A stretch of DNA of 64,000 nucleotides, from the NCBI RefSeq assembly GCF_006345805.1, contig NW_021832842.1, forward strand, positions 39,128-103,127, read 5' to 3'. The position numbers and the translations under genes are program-made. This document shows, in pieces, positions 41,941 through 57,200 of this stretch (position 1 is the stretch's first letter; every line of letters starts with the position of its first letter). The notes beneath the pieces are model-generated. The model made no database searches, had not been told where the DNA came from, and was given only the letters and a program-made list of their open reading frames with translations. This stretch comes from Octopus sinensis (lineage: Eukaryota).

Positions 41941-42609
41941 TTTGAAATGTATATATAAAACAAAAGTCAAAGACAGGTGTATGGACAATAAGCAGGTATA
42001 TTTGTTTGACACCGGGAAAATGGAATAGTCTTTTACGTTTCGCATCTAGGCTCTTCAACAGACAGGCGTTTGCTAAATTTGGGTATTTTGCTCAATATTA
42101 CTAATTACCTTCTCAGTTGCTTGACTAGTTGAGCATGATGTGTGCATCTCTGATCGCGAGTAGATGTAGGGGGGGCCGAATCATAATCTGGAAACATGTG
42201 TGATTCATTCAACATCATTAAATAACCGTATTCAGGGACCTTTCGAGCGCGATGGGCTACTCGACCTGAAGACAATTCTAACTGGGCTCCACCTGCAAGG
42301 TTATGTGCTACTTGTTTTGGTAGATCTCCATGTCACACACATATGGTTGTGACGGATGTGCCTGGTGTACGCTTATATGCCTGGGTTTACTGGGTTCTGT
42401 ATATTTTCCCCAATATCACTTTAATGGCATGCACTGCCCTCTATCTCAAAAATGATAATAGTGATAATAGTAATATTGTATATAAAAACCATATATTTGG
42501 TATATACAAAGTTGAATCTGTGCTTTTTAAAAATACGTTCATCTTCAATACTTCGTTTTCTACCTATCATATTTGTATCACTATTTTTCTTGTTTTTATT
42601 TAGCTTAGT
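39837..42609 (-). pseudogene. Partial METTL24-like paralog (exon 0 42490..42609; exon 4 39837..39972)
   Basis: Mirror of 34580..37246. Exon 4 reads [45 protein letters not shown]. Confidence 0.75.
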
Positions 42610-43991
42610 TAAATAAGATTTCTCGGCGCACTTATTTTCATTTTTAATTGTAGGCGTGGAAGTGAGATTATTGTTATGAAATCGGTGATAAACTACAGGC
42701 TAGGTGTCTGGAAAAGAGATTTAAAGAAATATTGGTGAGCAAACTGGTTGAAGAAGAGTGTAGCTTTATTCATGGACGCATTACAACCAATCAAATAATT
42801 CTTCAAAAATAATGTTTAAGAAATCGAGGAAATTTTGCCTAATTCACTATCATCATTAATTCGGTTTCCTTGCCTACAATCATCAATGGTAATGAATGTT
42901 GTTTAATGATTGAAAGAATCCGATCGCCAATACAAGAGGCTTAAATGTGATTCTTCCGAAAGGTCTCTGTAATAATATTACTTAAGAACGTGCATAGCAC
43001 GGAGATCAGGTTCTATCTCTACTTCTCTGCTCTCAGAGACCACAACCGCAGTTCTATATACTTGTGATTAGAATGTCGCAGGAAAGAATCGTAAGACAGA
43101 TTCTTCAAGCTAAGGTAGCCGCCATAAGACCAAGAACGAGATATTTGGGTGATATCCATAGTCTCAGTTGGTCACACATGGGAATCCCTAGCCGAAAAGT
43201 TTTTATTTAGGCATGTTCTATGTTTTTCGATAAATAAATTTTCTTTATTTAAACGTTCTTGTAGAGAAACTGTTTCTTTGCAGTAGTAGATAGGGAGCAC
43301 TATGAAATTTGGTTGGAGATTCCCTGCACAACTCTGTGTTCATTCAAAAGTATCTGTCTATACAGTGAGAAACGAATCTGTTCGTTATGTAGTGTGGTTC
43401 TCTCTCTAAATAACATACTTGTCTGTCCTATATACTTGTATCCATAACTATATAGATATACAACACTATTGTACAAAATCTACCAATGCTCACTAGGCAT
43501 CCAGAATTGAACAACATTCTGAAAACAGATAAATTCATCAACTGTAAAAGTAAGCCAAATCGCTGAAAAGATTACTGACAAATGCAAAGCATTACACAAC
43601 AACCACGAAACAAATGGCTAAAAAATCAGGACGTTCAAACTGTGAAACATAACCCAACCTACCGGAAGGATTGAAATTCCAATTCAAACAGGGAGAGAGG
43701 TTCACATTTAAGACCAAATTCACTTGTGCATCCGAGAACATAATTTATGTTATAACTTGTTCAGGTTATAGATGCAACTATATAGGACAGGCCAGTATGT
43801 CACTTAGACGGCTATCCACACTACATAAGGAAAGATCCGTTTCCCAAGGTATAGACAGATATTTTTGAGTGAACACATAGATAGATGTGCAGGGAATCTC
43901 CAACCAAATTTCATAGTTTTCCCTATCAACCACTGCGAAGAAACTATGTTAACTGTGTGCATTTTCCTTCTTTTATGATATATATATATAT

Positions 43992-44024
<33 letters not shown>

Positions 44025-44759
44025 ATTATATATATATATATAAGAACATATATGCATATATATATGTGTGTGTATGTGTGTGTGTAATAACTATTAGTAA
44101 AACAAGTGGAGCAGTAGAAGATGAAATGATGTTACAAATGCATACAGAATGAATTAGAATTAATTGGAATTTTAATATATTTTTGAAATATAGGTATACT
44201 CTTAACCGTATTCACAATAGATCTTCAAATGTCTAGAATTTAAGGTGTCTCGAATTATGTCTAATCTGACCATTGCTATAAAAATAACTTGTTTTAAATG
44301 TAGAATTGTGACTCGGAACGCTATCAGTTAAAGTAAAATTTGATTGGTCAACGTTCATATATTATGTTCGCGTAGAAGTCACGCGAAAAGTTCGCTTCAA
44401 TGAAAATGTTATTTTAGCAAATTCTTCATTATTTTCAAAATTAGTTCAAACAAGACAGTGTGTTTCAAATGAAACATAGCATCATAAGAGTTAAGACTGA
44501 AAGGACATAGTTTAGATAGGTCTTTTCTGTAACGAGGCCATATATAAGGTTGAGATTTCAAACAGTCGTGTAATTCTTCACAGCCTAAAGGTGTCCAGTT
44601 TTGTATTGCTTAATCATAGCGATTAAGTTGAGGCTTACTAGGAGCAAGTTCTTAGAGATGTTTCCGCACTATTTTCAGGAATCCAGGCATAATAGCATAA
44701 TAAGATCTGTGTATGTTGTGGAAGGATACCAACCACCCCCAAAGGTGGACTAACTCATT

Positions 44760-46550
44760 GTTATAAAGCGAAGAACTGTGAGCGATTGGCAGTTCGGGCT
44801 GGTAAGCAGTTCACTGTGAGGAGTTGTCGCTGGATTTGGGTTGAAAGTGTGTTCACTCCATGTGAATTCTGTTGTATTGCATTTTTAATTTACTGAATTG
44901 TTGAACTGTTATTAACTGGAATTGTTGGAATTGTTGTCGTTAACTGGCTTTTACTTTTTCTTCTCCATTTATGGGTGAAGTTATGAATAATACCGTCATA
45001 GAAAGTACACCAGCGGGGAGTTACGCTGCCGTGACCGACAAAGGCCTGTCAGTAGAGGTACTGCAGGTCCATGAAATCGAATTAAAGGAGAAGAATTATA
45101 AAAAAATATAACGGTTTGCTGAAGAAGGAAGGGGACTGTCTGAGATTGACGCTCCCTAAAGAAATACTTGAAAAAACTGAAAAGAGGACAATTACTTATA
45201 GAACGTTGAATGTGACAACAAAAAAAGTTGAAGTAGCAGAGGAGGAAGCGGTAGAGAAATGTTTACGAGAGATAAAGTATATTACGACAATTACACGGGG
45301 GGGAAAATACGGCACAGTGGAGGTACGCTTCGTAAGCGAAGAAGAAGCGAGAAAACACTCCATTATGCCTTTGAGATCAGCCGAGTGGGCACTGCTACCT
45401 ACTTACTGTGACAAACGTGCGGCCAGAGTAAGAATAGGTAGAGTGGCTCCAGAAACTGATGAGGCGTGGCTGGTGGCAGCCATCCTTTATAACACAGAGG
45501 AAGATTCTCAGGTATTGAAGATATCGAGAACGACGGAGGTAAACTGATGGGGGTATGGTCTGGAGGTGTCGGTCCATATCAGCCTGCTGGATCTCCACAA
45601 AATTGCCGAAGAGTGTTGCTACCAGATGAGACAAAATTAAGAATCGTCGTTGAAAGGAGACCTTCGGTATGTTATTTATGTGGAGTAAGGGGACACATGA
45701 AAGCAAAGTGTCCCCAAAAACACGAACAAGAGGAGGTGGAGAAGAAGCGTCAGAAAGAAGCGGGCGCAACTACGGAGGAGGAGAAAATGGTGGAAAAATA
45801 TACAGTGGTAGAAAGAGGAGTAACGTGGAATCTCCACCTAAAATCCCGAAGAAGAAAAGAAAGGCAGAGGAGAACAAGAACGAGAAAAGAAAGAATGTGG
45901 AGCCAAGTGTGGAACGAACACAAATACCGTTGCCTTCAACAAGTAAAGAGTGGGAAGGACGGAAGAAGAAGAGACATGAAAGTGAGAAGGAAGGACAAAA
46001 CAGAGACGGGAATACCAGCAACAGAGGTAGAGAGTGGTGAGGTACAGCAGAGAGAGCCCTCGAAGGGGAAATATGAAAGAACTATGATTCATTACAAAAA
46101 GAGTGTAGAGATAGAAAAAGTTTCAAAAATGAAACATACAATAAAGGTTAAAATGGCTGACAGAAAGGAAAATTGAGATGAGAAAGCGGTGTTGTTGGAG
46201 GATGATAGAGCAGGAAGGTTGCAGGAAATATTTGGCGAAAGGATAGTGATGACAGGAATTCGATTTCGTTACGATCAATTGTTATCAGTGGTACTATTTT
46301 ACGATTTGATGGAACATTTGGTTTGATATTGTGAGAATTTTAAACGAAAGGAAACTAACAAGATACAAGACCGTTAAGTACACACTATTTTAAAAGCAGT
46401 AAAATGGAACTACCTGCTTTGTGGGTTAGGAAAGCCATTTCATTCACATTTCATTTATATTTATAATTCATTCGTTATATGTTTTTATGTACCCTAATGT
46501 ATTGTTTTGTGGTGTCCCCTCTTTATAAAGGCCATGGGCCTTAATAAAAG
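44760..46550 (+). mobile_element. L1/Tx1-like ORF1 (gag-like, CCHC zinc knuckle), disrupted
   Basis: CYLCGVRGHMKAKC knuckle in 45547..46176, preceded by ORF 45116..45547. No ORF2 follows. Confidence 0.7.
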
Positions 46551-49286
46551 AGAAAAAGCAGTTTACTGTGAGCCGTAGATAGACAGCGTTGAGTTTCGTC
46601 TAATAGTAATAGTAGTGCGTCGTGTAAATACTTTATTTCCCCCTGCTTCGTTAGATTATCCAACATTAGGATATAACGTGAATTTTTCACCAGGTTCCGT
46701 AGCAATATTGAATATCAATTGCATTGATGTCTGATTTACATGGTTGTGGATAGTGACATCCAACATAAACTCAGCGGGACAAAACTCAAAGCTCTTTTCG
46801 TTTCAATTGGGTGTCTCTTTGTTAGGTTCTCCCAAAATACCCAAGTAGACACTCTACAGTAATTAAGCTGTTGGAGAAAGTAAGATAACAAGGTGCGGAG
46901 TAAATAAGATAGATGAAACCTCCTACATGAAACTTTGTTGTCTTTAAAACGAACCCAGGTAGATATTCTACAATAATTAATTCATAGGAAAAACGGAGAA
47001 TTTTGTATTACTGATGATTTTTTATAATCCGTTCAACAGTGGCTTGTATTCTTGAAAGAAAGCACGTTCCTTATTAATTCTTATTTGGTCTGGAGTATTC
47101 TCTACACATTAATGCGGGAAGACAAAAATTTTAGGAGACATGGTTTTTGCATGTGTGTCCAGGAGTTCATTAAGTGGAATTTGTTTTGTTTTGGTGGGTA
47201 ATATACTTGTTGACGGTGAATATTTAGTCTCGTTCTTAATGTGAGTTTAGTTTGTCCAATGTAGTCTTGCATCGAATTTAAATTCTTTGAAAAACATGTC
47301 AAGTGGTTTTTTACAATAAAACTTTTTCCTGATCTAAATGTCTTAGTCGTGTCCTCAAGGTTTTCACAAGTTCTACAGTTGGATCGGCCACACCTTTTAA
47401 CTGTTAGAGTTGTACCCGTAGCTGGTAGTTCTGCATTGGTAAGAAATTTTTAAGGGACTCTGGTTGACTTTGCATTTGGTTATTTTGTATGCTTCACGTG
47501 CCTTTTTCATTCTTCAGTCTTAGCTCACTAACGGTATATTTTGATGGATAATGCTTTTCTTAATTCCTCAATGTCTATTGCTTTGGCGCGTTCTATTCTA
47601 TTCCTTATTCCTTGTAGACGAGTACGTTCTTTCATAGAGAGCCTACTTTACTTCAAGGAGTCTTTTATTCTAAACATCTAGATTGGAAACTACTGATTAG
47701 ATCTTTCAAGTTAGGTTAAATGGAATATTGTGTTTTATGTTTTGGTGGTATGAAGAAATTAGTATGTACTCTTTAGAGCCCGAAGGTTTGTAACAGATGT
47801 TGGTTTCTTTGTTCGTATCATTCTTAATAATCAAAATGTCTAAGAAGGGTAGTTAGTTACGGTTAATTCCATTGTGAGCTGACTGATGTTTCGCAAACAA
47901 CTTGCACATGCAAGTGCTACCCGTCGAGAACTCTACATACCGGAAGCCAGCAAGTGTATGGGATCATCAAGAGAGAATGCGCGCTGTTTCGGGGCCTACC
48001 TCTCGATGGCATCAACGCGCACCGGCCCCCTTCACTGATATGAGGCCCCATTACTAGATCAACTGGTTTCTAAATAAAGCTCAATATTCTTCTAGCCATC
48101 ACCCATAGTCTATTTTTAACCAAATCCAGTGGCTAGCCTTTTCCATTGTAGTTTAGATATCGGTCATGGTGGTACTTACTTTACGATGGGTTATGCCTAA
48201 TGATAAGAACGGTGGTCTCACACTGTGTCCAATAAACACTTTACATTCGACTTCGATTGGAAAATGCTCCGCTTTCGAGCCTGCGTCTTCACATTCCTCA
48301 AGAAGGTTTGCATAATGGTCAATCTTTTGAGCCCTATTGACGTCCATGTTATCTTCATGAGGAACCGTTAACTCGACTAGATTCATAACTTACTTTCCTT
48401 CACGCCACATTAAAATGTCCGTTTTTTTTTTCATAACTGGCATGGGAAAGAGTCCCTGGCATCCTGGTAAATCATCCCAATAACCGTTCTACTTTTCATC
48501 GCTCACAGGAAGTTTGTTGCTCTTCTTGAAGCGGATCCGCTGTCCTGAGCGCACGAGGGTAATGAAATCTCTAGTTGGTACTTTCAACGTTTTTTTTTTC
48601 ACTATTGTTGAGACCAATTTGGTCCTTTATAGCATTGAAGATAACCTTAAGAAGCAGGTTGTGTCTCCATGGTGAGCTGACTACTGTTATTGATGCAATT
48701 GGATAGGAACTTGAAATAATTGAGTTCTTCTAGGTTGTATGTGCACAGAATAAGTCAGTCATCTAAATATTGTTTGCAGTGTTTACTAGATAAATTTGAA
48801 AGTTGATATTTACTTTGTTTTGACGTGTTCATCCATTTGGATTTCTTGATATGCCATAAGTTGGCGTGTGTTGGGGCAAGTTTTGTACATCGCAGTTCCA
48901 GACATTTCTTGGTAAGTGTTTATCTCAATAATGAAGAAGTTGCTTTGAAGGAGAAATTTTAATCCCTCTGTGATGAATTATTGATCGATTCGCCTAGAAT
49001 TTCACTAGGGAATTTTTTAGCCAAAAAGATTTTGCCTCTGTGAAATTTTGACTCTTGCCCATATAGGGAGCTGTAGCCACCCCCATACGACCCTTCCGAT
49101 TTTTTTCTGCGGTCTAATAGTTTCACTTTTCATAACGCTATAGTTTTACTTTTATTGCTAGAGATAGTGTGTGTTGCTCTGTGTGTGACGGAGAGAGCGA
49201 AAGCGAGAGAGCGTAAATTTTATTTATTTATTTTTCTTGCAGCTTTTTATAGTGTGTTTGAGAAGGAGAGAGAAGGGTGTGTTGTC

Positions 49287-49331
<45 letters not shown>

Positions 49332-49690
49332 TGTCTCGCTCTGTGTTAGAGAGGTAGAAGGAGGGAGTCATTTCGTAAATTTTCTTTACTTAGTTTTCCT
49401 CGCATCTTTTTAGTGAGTGTATGAATGGTTGACTGAGAGAGGTGTTGTCATGTATGTGTAAAATGTCTACGGTCGGTCACACACGCACACAAACACATAC
49501 GTACACCAATTATCTGTCATATACACGTACATACATAAATACATATGCACACATGTTTTTTATGTGTGCGTGTGAGGAAGAGAGAAAGAGTCAGTCAGTG
49601 AGTGAAGATGTGTTCTCATGACAATTTCTTTTGCATGTACAAATAAGTAGCTAAGTATAAATCTACGCAATCTCTCTCTCTCTCTTTCTT

Positions 49691-49738
<48 letters not shown>

Positions 49739-49812
49739 CCTCCCTCACACATTCACTGAAAAAAAGATGCGAGAAAAAATGTTTAAATGTAAATTGTCAC
49801 TCTCTCTCCCTC

Positions 49813-49843
<31 letters not shown>

Positions 49844-50006
49844 GTACACACATTCTATCTCGTACCCTCCCCCATCAACATATACACACGTCTATGTCCA
49901 TTTTCTCTCTCACTTTATGCTAACTTCAAACGAAATGCCCTTTCCCACTCACAAGCAAAATAAATAAAACTTTTTTATGGAATTTACTGAAAGCCGTAAT
50001 GTAACG

Positions 50007-50078
50007 TTTAGATGATTGCTCCCACGGAGCCCATAGCGATAATTATCGCTATGGGCTCCGTGTGAGCAATCATCTAAA
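50007..50078. repeat. 72-bp zero-spacer palindrome (1 mismatch)
   Basis: tttagatgattgctc[c]cacggagcccatagcgataa|ttatcgctatgggctccgtg[t]gagcaatcatctaaa. Confidence 0.95.
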
Positions 50079-50239
50079 AGATTTTGTGCATTTTGATGTT
50101 GACATAAGTTCCTTGCTTTTCCTGATGAGAAAGCGGCATAATGTACTCCTTATTCCTTCGCAATTAGGAATATGCAGCCTTCGAAACATATGTCGAAAAT
50201 AAAGGAATTTTGTTAATTCATCGTTCAGCTCCAATCTTT

Positions 50240-50299
<60 letters not shown>

Positions 50300-50304
<5 letters not shown>

Positions 50305-51669
50305 TAACTTTAATCATGTGGACGTTCTGACATGTTGTCAGATTCATATTTCTGGAATTTATGTATTGGCAGTTATTATTCCTTTCTGTGTGGTATATAC
50401 GGAAATTAAAATCCATCAGATTCTTGATAATATAAAGCGCATAAATGAAAAACGCCGATTCTTTTCCAGCGATGTGAAACTCAAGTGCTAGTTGTTTCAC
50501 ATGATTTAGTTCGCCGTCAGACATCGCCTTCGTCAAGGAGCGCCATTCTGAGCTTTCTACGTCCATTTTCAAAATACTGATATCCTTCTGAAGAATGAAA
50601 TAAAAGGAAATTAAAGAAGTTGTTAATTAAAAACAATTTTGTGAAAATAAGTAATGGATGACGCACAGATAGCTGAATGGACAACACAGAGACAGGAAAG
50701 GAGGGGGCGAGAGTGGGTAGGAAAAAACAAAGAAAGAAAGAAAGAAATAGCAAAAGATAACTGAATAACAAAGAAAACAGAAAATAAGACAGACAGAAAC
50801 AAAAAGAAAGAAGAAAGAATGAAAGAAACAAACAAAGAAATGGAAAGCGATAGGAAAAGGGGAAGGAGGAAAACAGAAAGAATAAGAAATTGAGAAATAA
50901 ATAAATGATTAAAGGACGAAAATCTTAGTTTTTATGAAGGATTTTTGTTTTTCATTTACTAGTCCTTTATCTTTGAAACAGTAGTATTGCTAAATCCATT
51001 AGTCTTTTATATTTTGTTATCCTCATCATCAGAATGAAATTATGATAATCCTTTCTGAGTTGCAGCTTGTTGCCTGTTCCTCAGAAGAGAGGTACGTTAT
51101 TTCATTTTCCAAAATAGAATGAAATAATATGTGCACGTTTTTCGGCAGGACGTTGCTAAAAATCATATGAATATTACTGTAACAAATAAAATCATCAACA
51201 CCATACTTAAAACTTATAGAATCCAATTGTTCGGGGAAACTTGAGGATTTATTTTATATGTAATGAATCTGTCTTGAATCTTGGTTTTCGCTTTGCTATT
51301 AGTGAAGATTCCATAATTACTCATCTCATTTATTTTTAAACTTCTCACATTTATTTTTAATCTTTATATATACGTTTTGTTTCCTGACAGACGCGCAATT
51401 TAAGAGCGCACCTTTGACGCAGTCCTAGGGAGGTGCTACTCTAATCCATAAATATTACGTAAAATTTTTCACTTGGAATTATTGAATGAACCTATGTGGA
51501 AAGCAGAGTTGCTACAGAAATAATAGTAACTGGACATTAAAAACGTGATACATACATACGTGCATACATATATATACACATGAGTGTCTGTAGAGATACA
51601 TACATACATACATACATAAATAAATACATACATACATACATACATACATACATACATACATACATACAA

Positions 51670-51749
<80 letters not shown>

Positions 51750-51831
51750 TTTATTTAAAAGCTGCAGAAATATAACAAAAGCTGTTACTCAGAGTTTCAC
51801 GTTCCCGTTCATCAGACAGTTTTGTTAAAAG

Positions 51832-51923
<92 letters not shown>

Positions 51924-51924
51924 G

Positions 51925-51968
<44 letters not shown>

Positions 51969-52767
51969 CGTATAAACAAACTCTTACTTTTGTGTGATTT
52001 AAATACTTGCGATGGTCTGATAGTGTCATAAACTGTCTGCCTCCGTCAATGCCTGATTTGTCACTTATTCCGATATCATAGAAATTTATCAATCTACGAT
52101 TTGGAACTTCCTTTTCACTGTGAAGACAACAAAGCATGTTAAAAATAATTTTGTTAATACAAGAAACTTCTGCAATTAATTCAAGAAATTTCTGCAATTC
52201 CAACCAATCACTGATGTCTATTGAGTTAAAAAACATTCTGTGCTGTATGAATATTCCCTCGTTTATGAAAAAGATTGGGTTTATTTACATTTGTGAAGAA
52301 AAAAAGATACTCTTCCTCCTACCCCTAACTAACCCTAACCCTAAAACAGATTGAAATGCAATAGATCGATACTAGGGTCATAATTATGGGTGACAATTTC
52401 ATATGACACCGCTAGAAAAAACTGCCGTTCAAACCGAAAAGATCTCTAAAAGAAATGGAGAAACTTTCAAAATACAAAGTCCTAGAAATAGAGGTAACTC
52501 GAATGTGGAATCTAAAAACAGAAACGATTCCTATCATTGTAGGTGCATTCAGATAAATACATAACAAAGCCACCAGGACTTATAAATATATATAACATAC
52601 AGAAAATGGCACTACTGGGCACTGCACACATCCTACACACAACACTCTCAATACAATAAGCATAAGAGCATCACAACAAACCACAGCACATATCCAAGGC
52701 ACATAGAGCTGCGCTCGATAGTGAAGTGAAAGCACAATATAAAAATAAAACTACAGAATAACAACAA

Positions 52768-52819
<52 letters not shown>

Positions 52820-54208
52820 AATAATAATGCTGATGATGATGCAGCTAGGACTACTGCTGCTACTGCTGTTATTACTACAGTAAACCAGTGCTTACAATGG
52901 GTCAAAGGAATGTACTTCACAGCCAAAGATATTTTTCATGCCAACATCAAAAGTCGAATCCCAACCAATCCTGTTGAAACAAAGAAAGACATATATATAT
53001 ATATACATGTGTTATGTGCATGTGTGTGTGAGAGAAAGTGAAAGAGAGAGACAGACGGACAGACAGATATATATATATATCGCATTTCTAAATCTCTCAA
53101 CGAGAGATATGCAGTAACAGCACGATAAAGTGATGGCTTGTTGTCAACATAATGTAGCAGTCCCAGGAAAGAGAGAAATGTTACTGTTATTTAGCTCCAA
53201 GAAATATCATTTCTAGCTGGCTATGCGACACAAACGTTCTGTGTCCTTATACTTTCGAACGGGGGAGATTAGCACCTCCACGGACTAGTTTCATTTGAAA
53301 CGACTCCAACCAATTGTGAAACACGGACTAGTTTCAGGTTTATTGCTCTTTATCAGCGTAGAGTAGCTTAGATTATCTAGACGTCGCTTCTAACCTGTTT
53401 TCGAAAACTTATAGAATTCAAAGTGAAAAACATTCACTGGTCTACAGAAATATCATATTTCTAAATCTCTCAAGGAGAGATATGCAGTAACAATATACGC
53501 AGACATGCAGGAAGTAAATAGACACCTTTAATTTTCAAAATCTTTTACTTAATACGCAAAGCGAACAATTGAAATGTAATCGATAGGTAGGTTTACATAA
53601 TTTAGTATTTAGCTGATATTCACTTTGCAGTTTTTAATTCAGAAACTCTTTTTGGCATTGAACTGATGAGCTTTGTGATTGTCTCTTGTGAAATTTCTGC
53701 CCACTTTTCACACAACGATCGAAACAATTCATCTTTAGATTTAGGTTTCTGTTGAGTTTTTCATATAGCTCTATCTAGTATGCTCCAAAGATTTTCAATT
53801 GGGTTCGTGTCAGGAGATTGGCTCGGCCAAGGAAGCTTTTTGATCCCATTTTCAGTCATGCTTTTCGCTGTGTGGCATGGAGCTCCACTTTCCATGAATA
53901 AAAACTAATTTTTCGTTGTTATCGTGTGAATACATCGGAAAAAATCCTTGCTTAAGTATTTCGATGTATTTTTCACAGTTTATGGATCCAACAAATTTGA
54001 TCAGCTCAGAACAACCATTGCTGGTGACAGAACACTGTAAAAGACTCTTACTTTTTTTCTTATACACTGAAATCATTAAAAAAAATGAACATTGTATTCT
54101 AACCCAATTTTTCTTTGCTCTTGTTTTAAAAAAAGAACTTTCACCTAATTAAATACACTCTCCCTTACATAAATTATTTTGTCAGCATTTTCTTCGTTTC
54201 CTTTTTTT

Positions 54209-54245
<37 letters not shown>

Positions 54246-57200
54246 TATATATATATATATATATATGAGTATATATGCTTGCACAAACTCACACACATTT
54301 ATAATCATTTATAATCATTTATAGGAGAGAAAAATTATAGAGAAAATGAAAAATTGAAGAGCATTCCGATTTTTGCTGAAAATTTCGGAGCGTCTTTCTA
54401 TTTACCCAAATGAGTATACCAAGCAAGGCTTCTTGGGATACCATTCGTCATCCAAACAAACATTCCATCCTCCGTCACCAATGGAACCAACACGCATTAT
54501 CTTGTTACACTTCACCTGAACATTGTTCAGAAATCTGCAATAATATTCAACAAATGAATTATTGATTTTTATTTCTTTACGTAGACACAAACACTTGATG
54601 ATTATAAGAGGCTGACAAGAGAAATGAAGTGAAACAGCTCCAACTGGGAATGAAAGGGTACATTATTTGTTTCACTCTATGAGAGGTTGTTGCTTCTACT
54701 CTACAGCATCAAACAGACTGACAGAGAACCACAGAGGAAAGTATCTGTGACATTTCATCGTAGACCATAGAATTTGTTTTGGCCACCAAGATCAATTTTG
54801 TTTCCTATTTTTTAAAAGTTGATAAAATACAGTACCATTTCTCTCCCACAGACTGGAAGAATTTCAAAGTGTTAGATGAGGTGCTTTGCGAGATTTATTA
54901 ATGCTCTTTGCATTCTGAGTTCCACCATCATCTGGTCCTGAGATTCCTTAAATGGAGTTTACTCTTACAAGCATTCTTCCCAAGTTTCCAATTTAAGAAA
55001 ATTTACCGTCATTCTTGCTAGCTTAGGTTGGAAGGTTTGACAAGTACCAACTGATTCAAAGACTGTATCGTGCTCCAATGTCTGCCTTGGCAAGGTTTGT
55101 ACAGTTGCATGCCCATCCAATGCCAAAGAACAAAAAAAAGCAAGGTAAAAACAAAAAAGAGTTTACTTTGTAAAGCTGAGTCGTAGAGATTGTTTTAAAT
55201 TCAGGTTTCTTTCACGAATATTGAACGAAGTAGGCAACGTGAAACAGCTCCATTTAAGATTGTAATTAGTGTGTCTTGAACTTTATTTTATCTTCATGGA
55301 ACTCAGCATAATTAAAGTTGAAAAGTTTCAAATACACAAACTCGCATCTAGCTTTTGAAATATTAATTTATGTTACTAATTCGTATGAATATTGGGTAGT
55401 TCTGCATGGACTGAGTTTGGAACCCAGTTTAACACCACCACCTTCTTCTTGGTTTTCTTTAGCGGAGATCGGTGTGTGGTACATTTTTAGTCCAGATGTA
55501 CCAGATTTTTCTTGTACCAGGTTAGTCCTAATCAAACGGATCTACCAAAGGCATTCAGGATACGAATGTCTTGTCCTTTTTCCTTTCTTATGGGTTTCAG
55601 TGAAGGTCTGTAGCCCTGTGATAGCAAATTATATTCACAGTTGTAAGATCATGGTTTTGATTTACACACTTGGTGGTGCATTGTGTTCTTTCGCAAAACA
55701 CTTCATTCTCGTTCTTCCAGTTCACTCGGTTATAAATAATCTCCAGTAATATGTGGGAAATTAAACCTGCAATAGACTGACATCTCATTCGGAGGTGGAG
55801 TTGTAATTTATATACACAATTGAAACCACCTTAAGTTCTGGCTTATCACTCATGACTAGAACTGGCTTAAGTAACAGAAAATTTCAGACAAGATTATCCA
55901 ATGCATTTTTGCCTTTGATGAGACGAAGGTGTTTTAGAGGGAAAATTTGGCTGCTATATTCAGCAGGTCAAATGATCGGTTGTCAGAAGTGTTTACGCTA
56001 TTGAGAAGTCCCAGTCAACTCTTTAGATCTATGGACTGGAGGTAACCAATAAATAGCTAAAGCGTGAAAACAATAAGACCAAACATCCAAGACACCTCGT
56101 TTTGTATAGTAGCGAAATATACATTATCATCTGCTAGGTTTCACTTGCTTTGATACGAAAGCTCCAATATAATGACTTGATAAATGAAACAGAAAAATTA
56201 TTCTTCTACACACAATTTCTTAACGTGAGAACCCCAAACTTCATGTCTTAAATTTAAGAAAACCATACCCTCAGTCATCATTTTCGGTTTAATGTCCACT
56301 ATTTTATGCTCCCGTGGGTCAGGCTATTGACTGAGGTTGATATTATTTGGCTGGATGCCTTTACTTCCGCCAACCTTTACCTGTATCCAAATAAGATAGT
56401 ATTACCCATCACATGGCATGTTTACAAAGGAGATTAGAAATTAAGGACATTGTATGCACGATGGTGGAATTAGTTTACATCTATTGCAAGATGTCAAAGC
56501 AAGAAGACAGTGACACACACATATATTCCAATTTCCATCTATCAAATCCATGTTGTAATAATTTGGTTGCCCTACAGCTGTAGTAGAAGACACTGGCTCA
56601 TATTCCACATAATAGAACTGAACCCAGAACATGTGGCTGGGAAGCAAAAAATTCTTACCACATAGCCACACCTTAAGATGCCATGGGAAAAATGACAATT
56701 AAATACTGGGTTGATACACAGAAAAATTTTCTCGGGTATAGAGTGCATAAGTTAAAAGTAGGAAAAGCCAACGACGTCTCAGAAGAGGAAAACTTCAACG
56801 AGAAATTTGAAGTTTAAATTTTAGAAAATGTATTAAAACTTTACCAGCAGAAAAATAAAAGGCAGCCTTAGAAATTAACAGCTACAAATTATTTAAATTA
56901 TTGTAAGAAAAACAAATAGATGAGAGAACAGTTTTATCGTGTTCATGTTAAAACACATGGAAATCATCTAACATAGAAAGATTTTTTATATTATAGTTAA
57001 CACACAACAGCGTGTAATAGATAAAGGAATGGAAGAATATTACCCATGGTACATATCTTCAAGTTCTATTTCTGTTTTTGTTTTCAACTCTTCTAGGGAT
57101 GGTATAACCTAAACAAAGTATGAAAGATAAACATTAATAAAAGAATGTTTAAAGTCTTCTCAGTATACAGTAGTTGGAAGTAGGAACAAAAACAAAAAAA

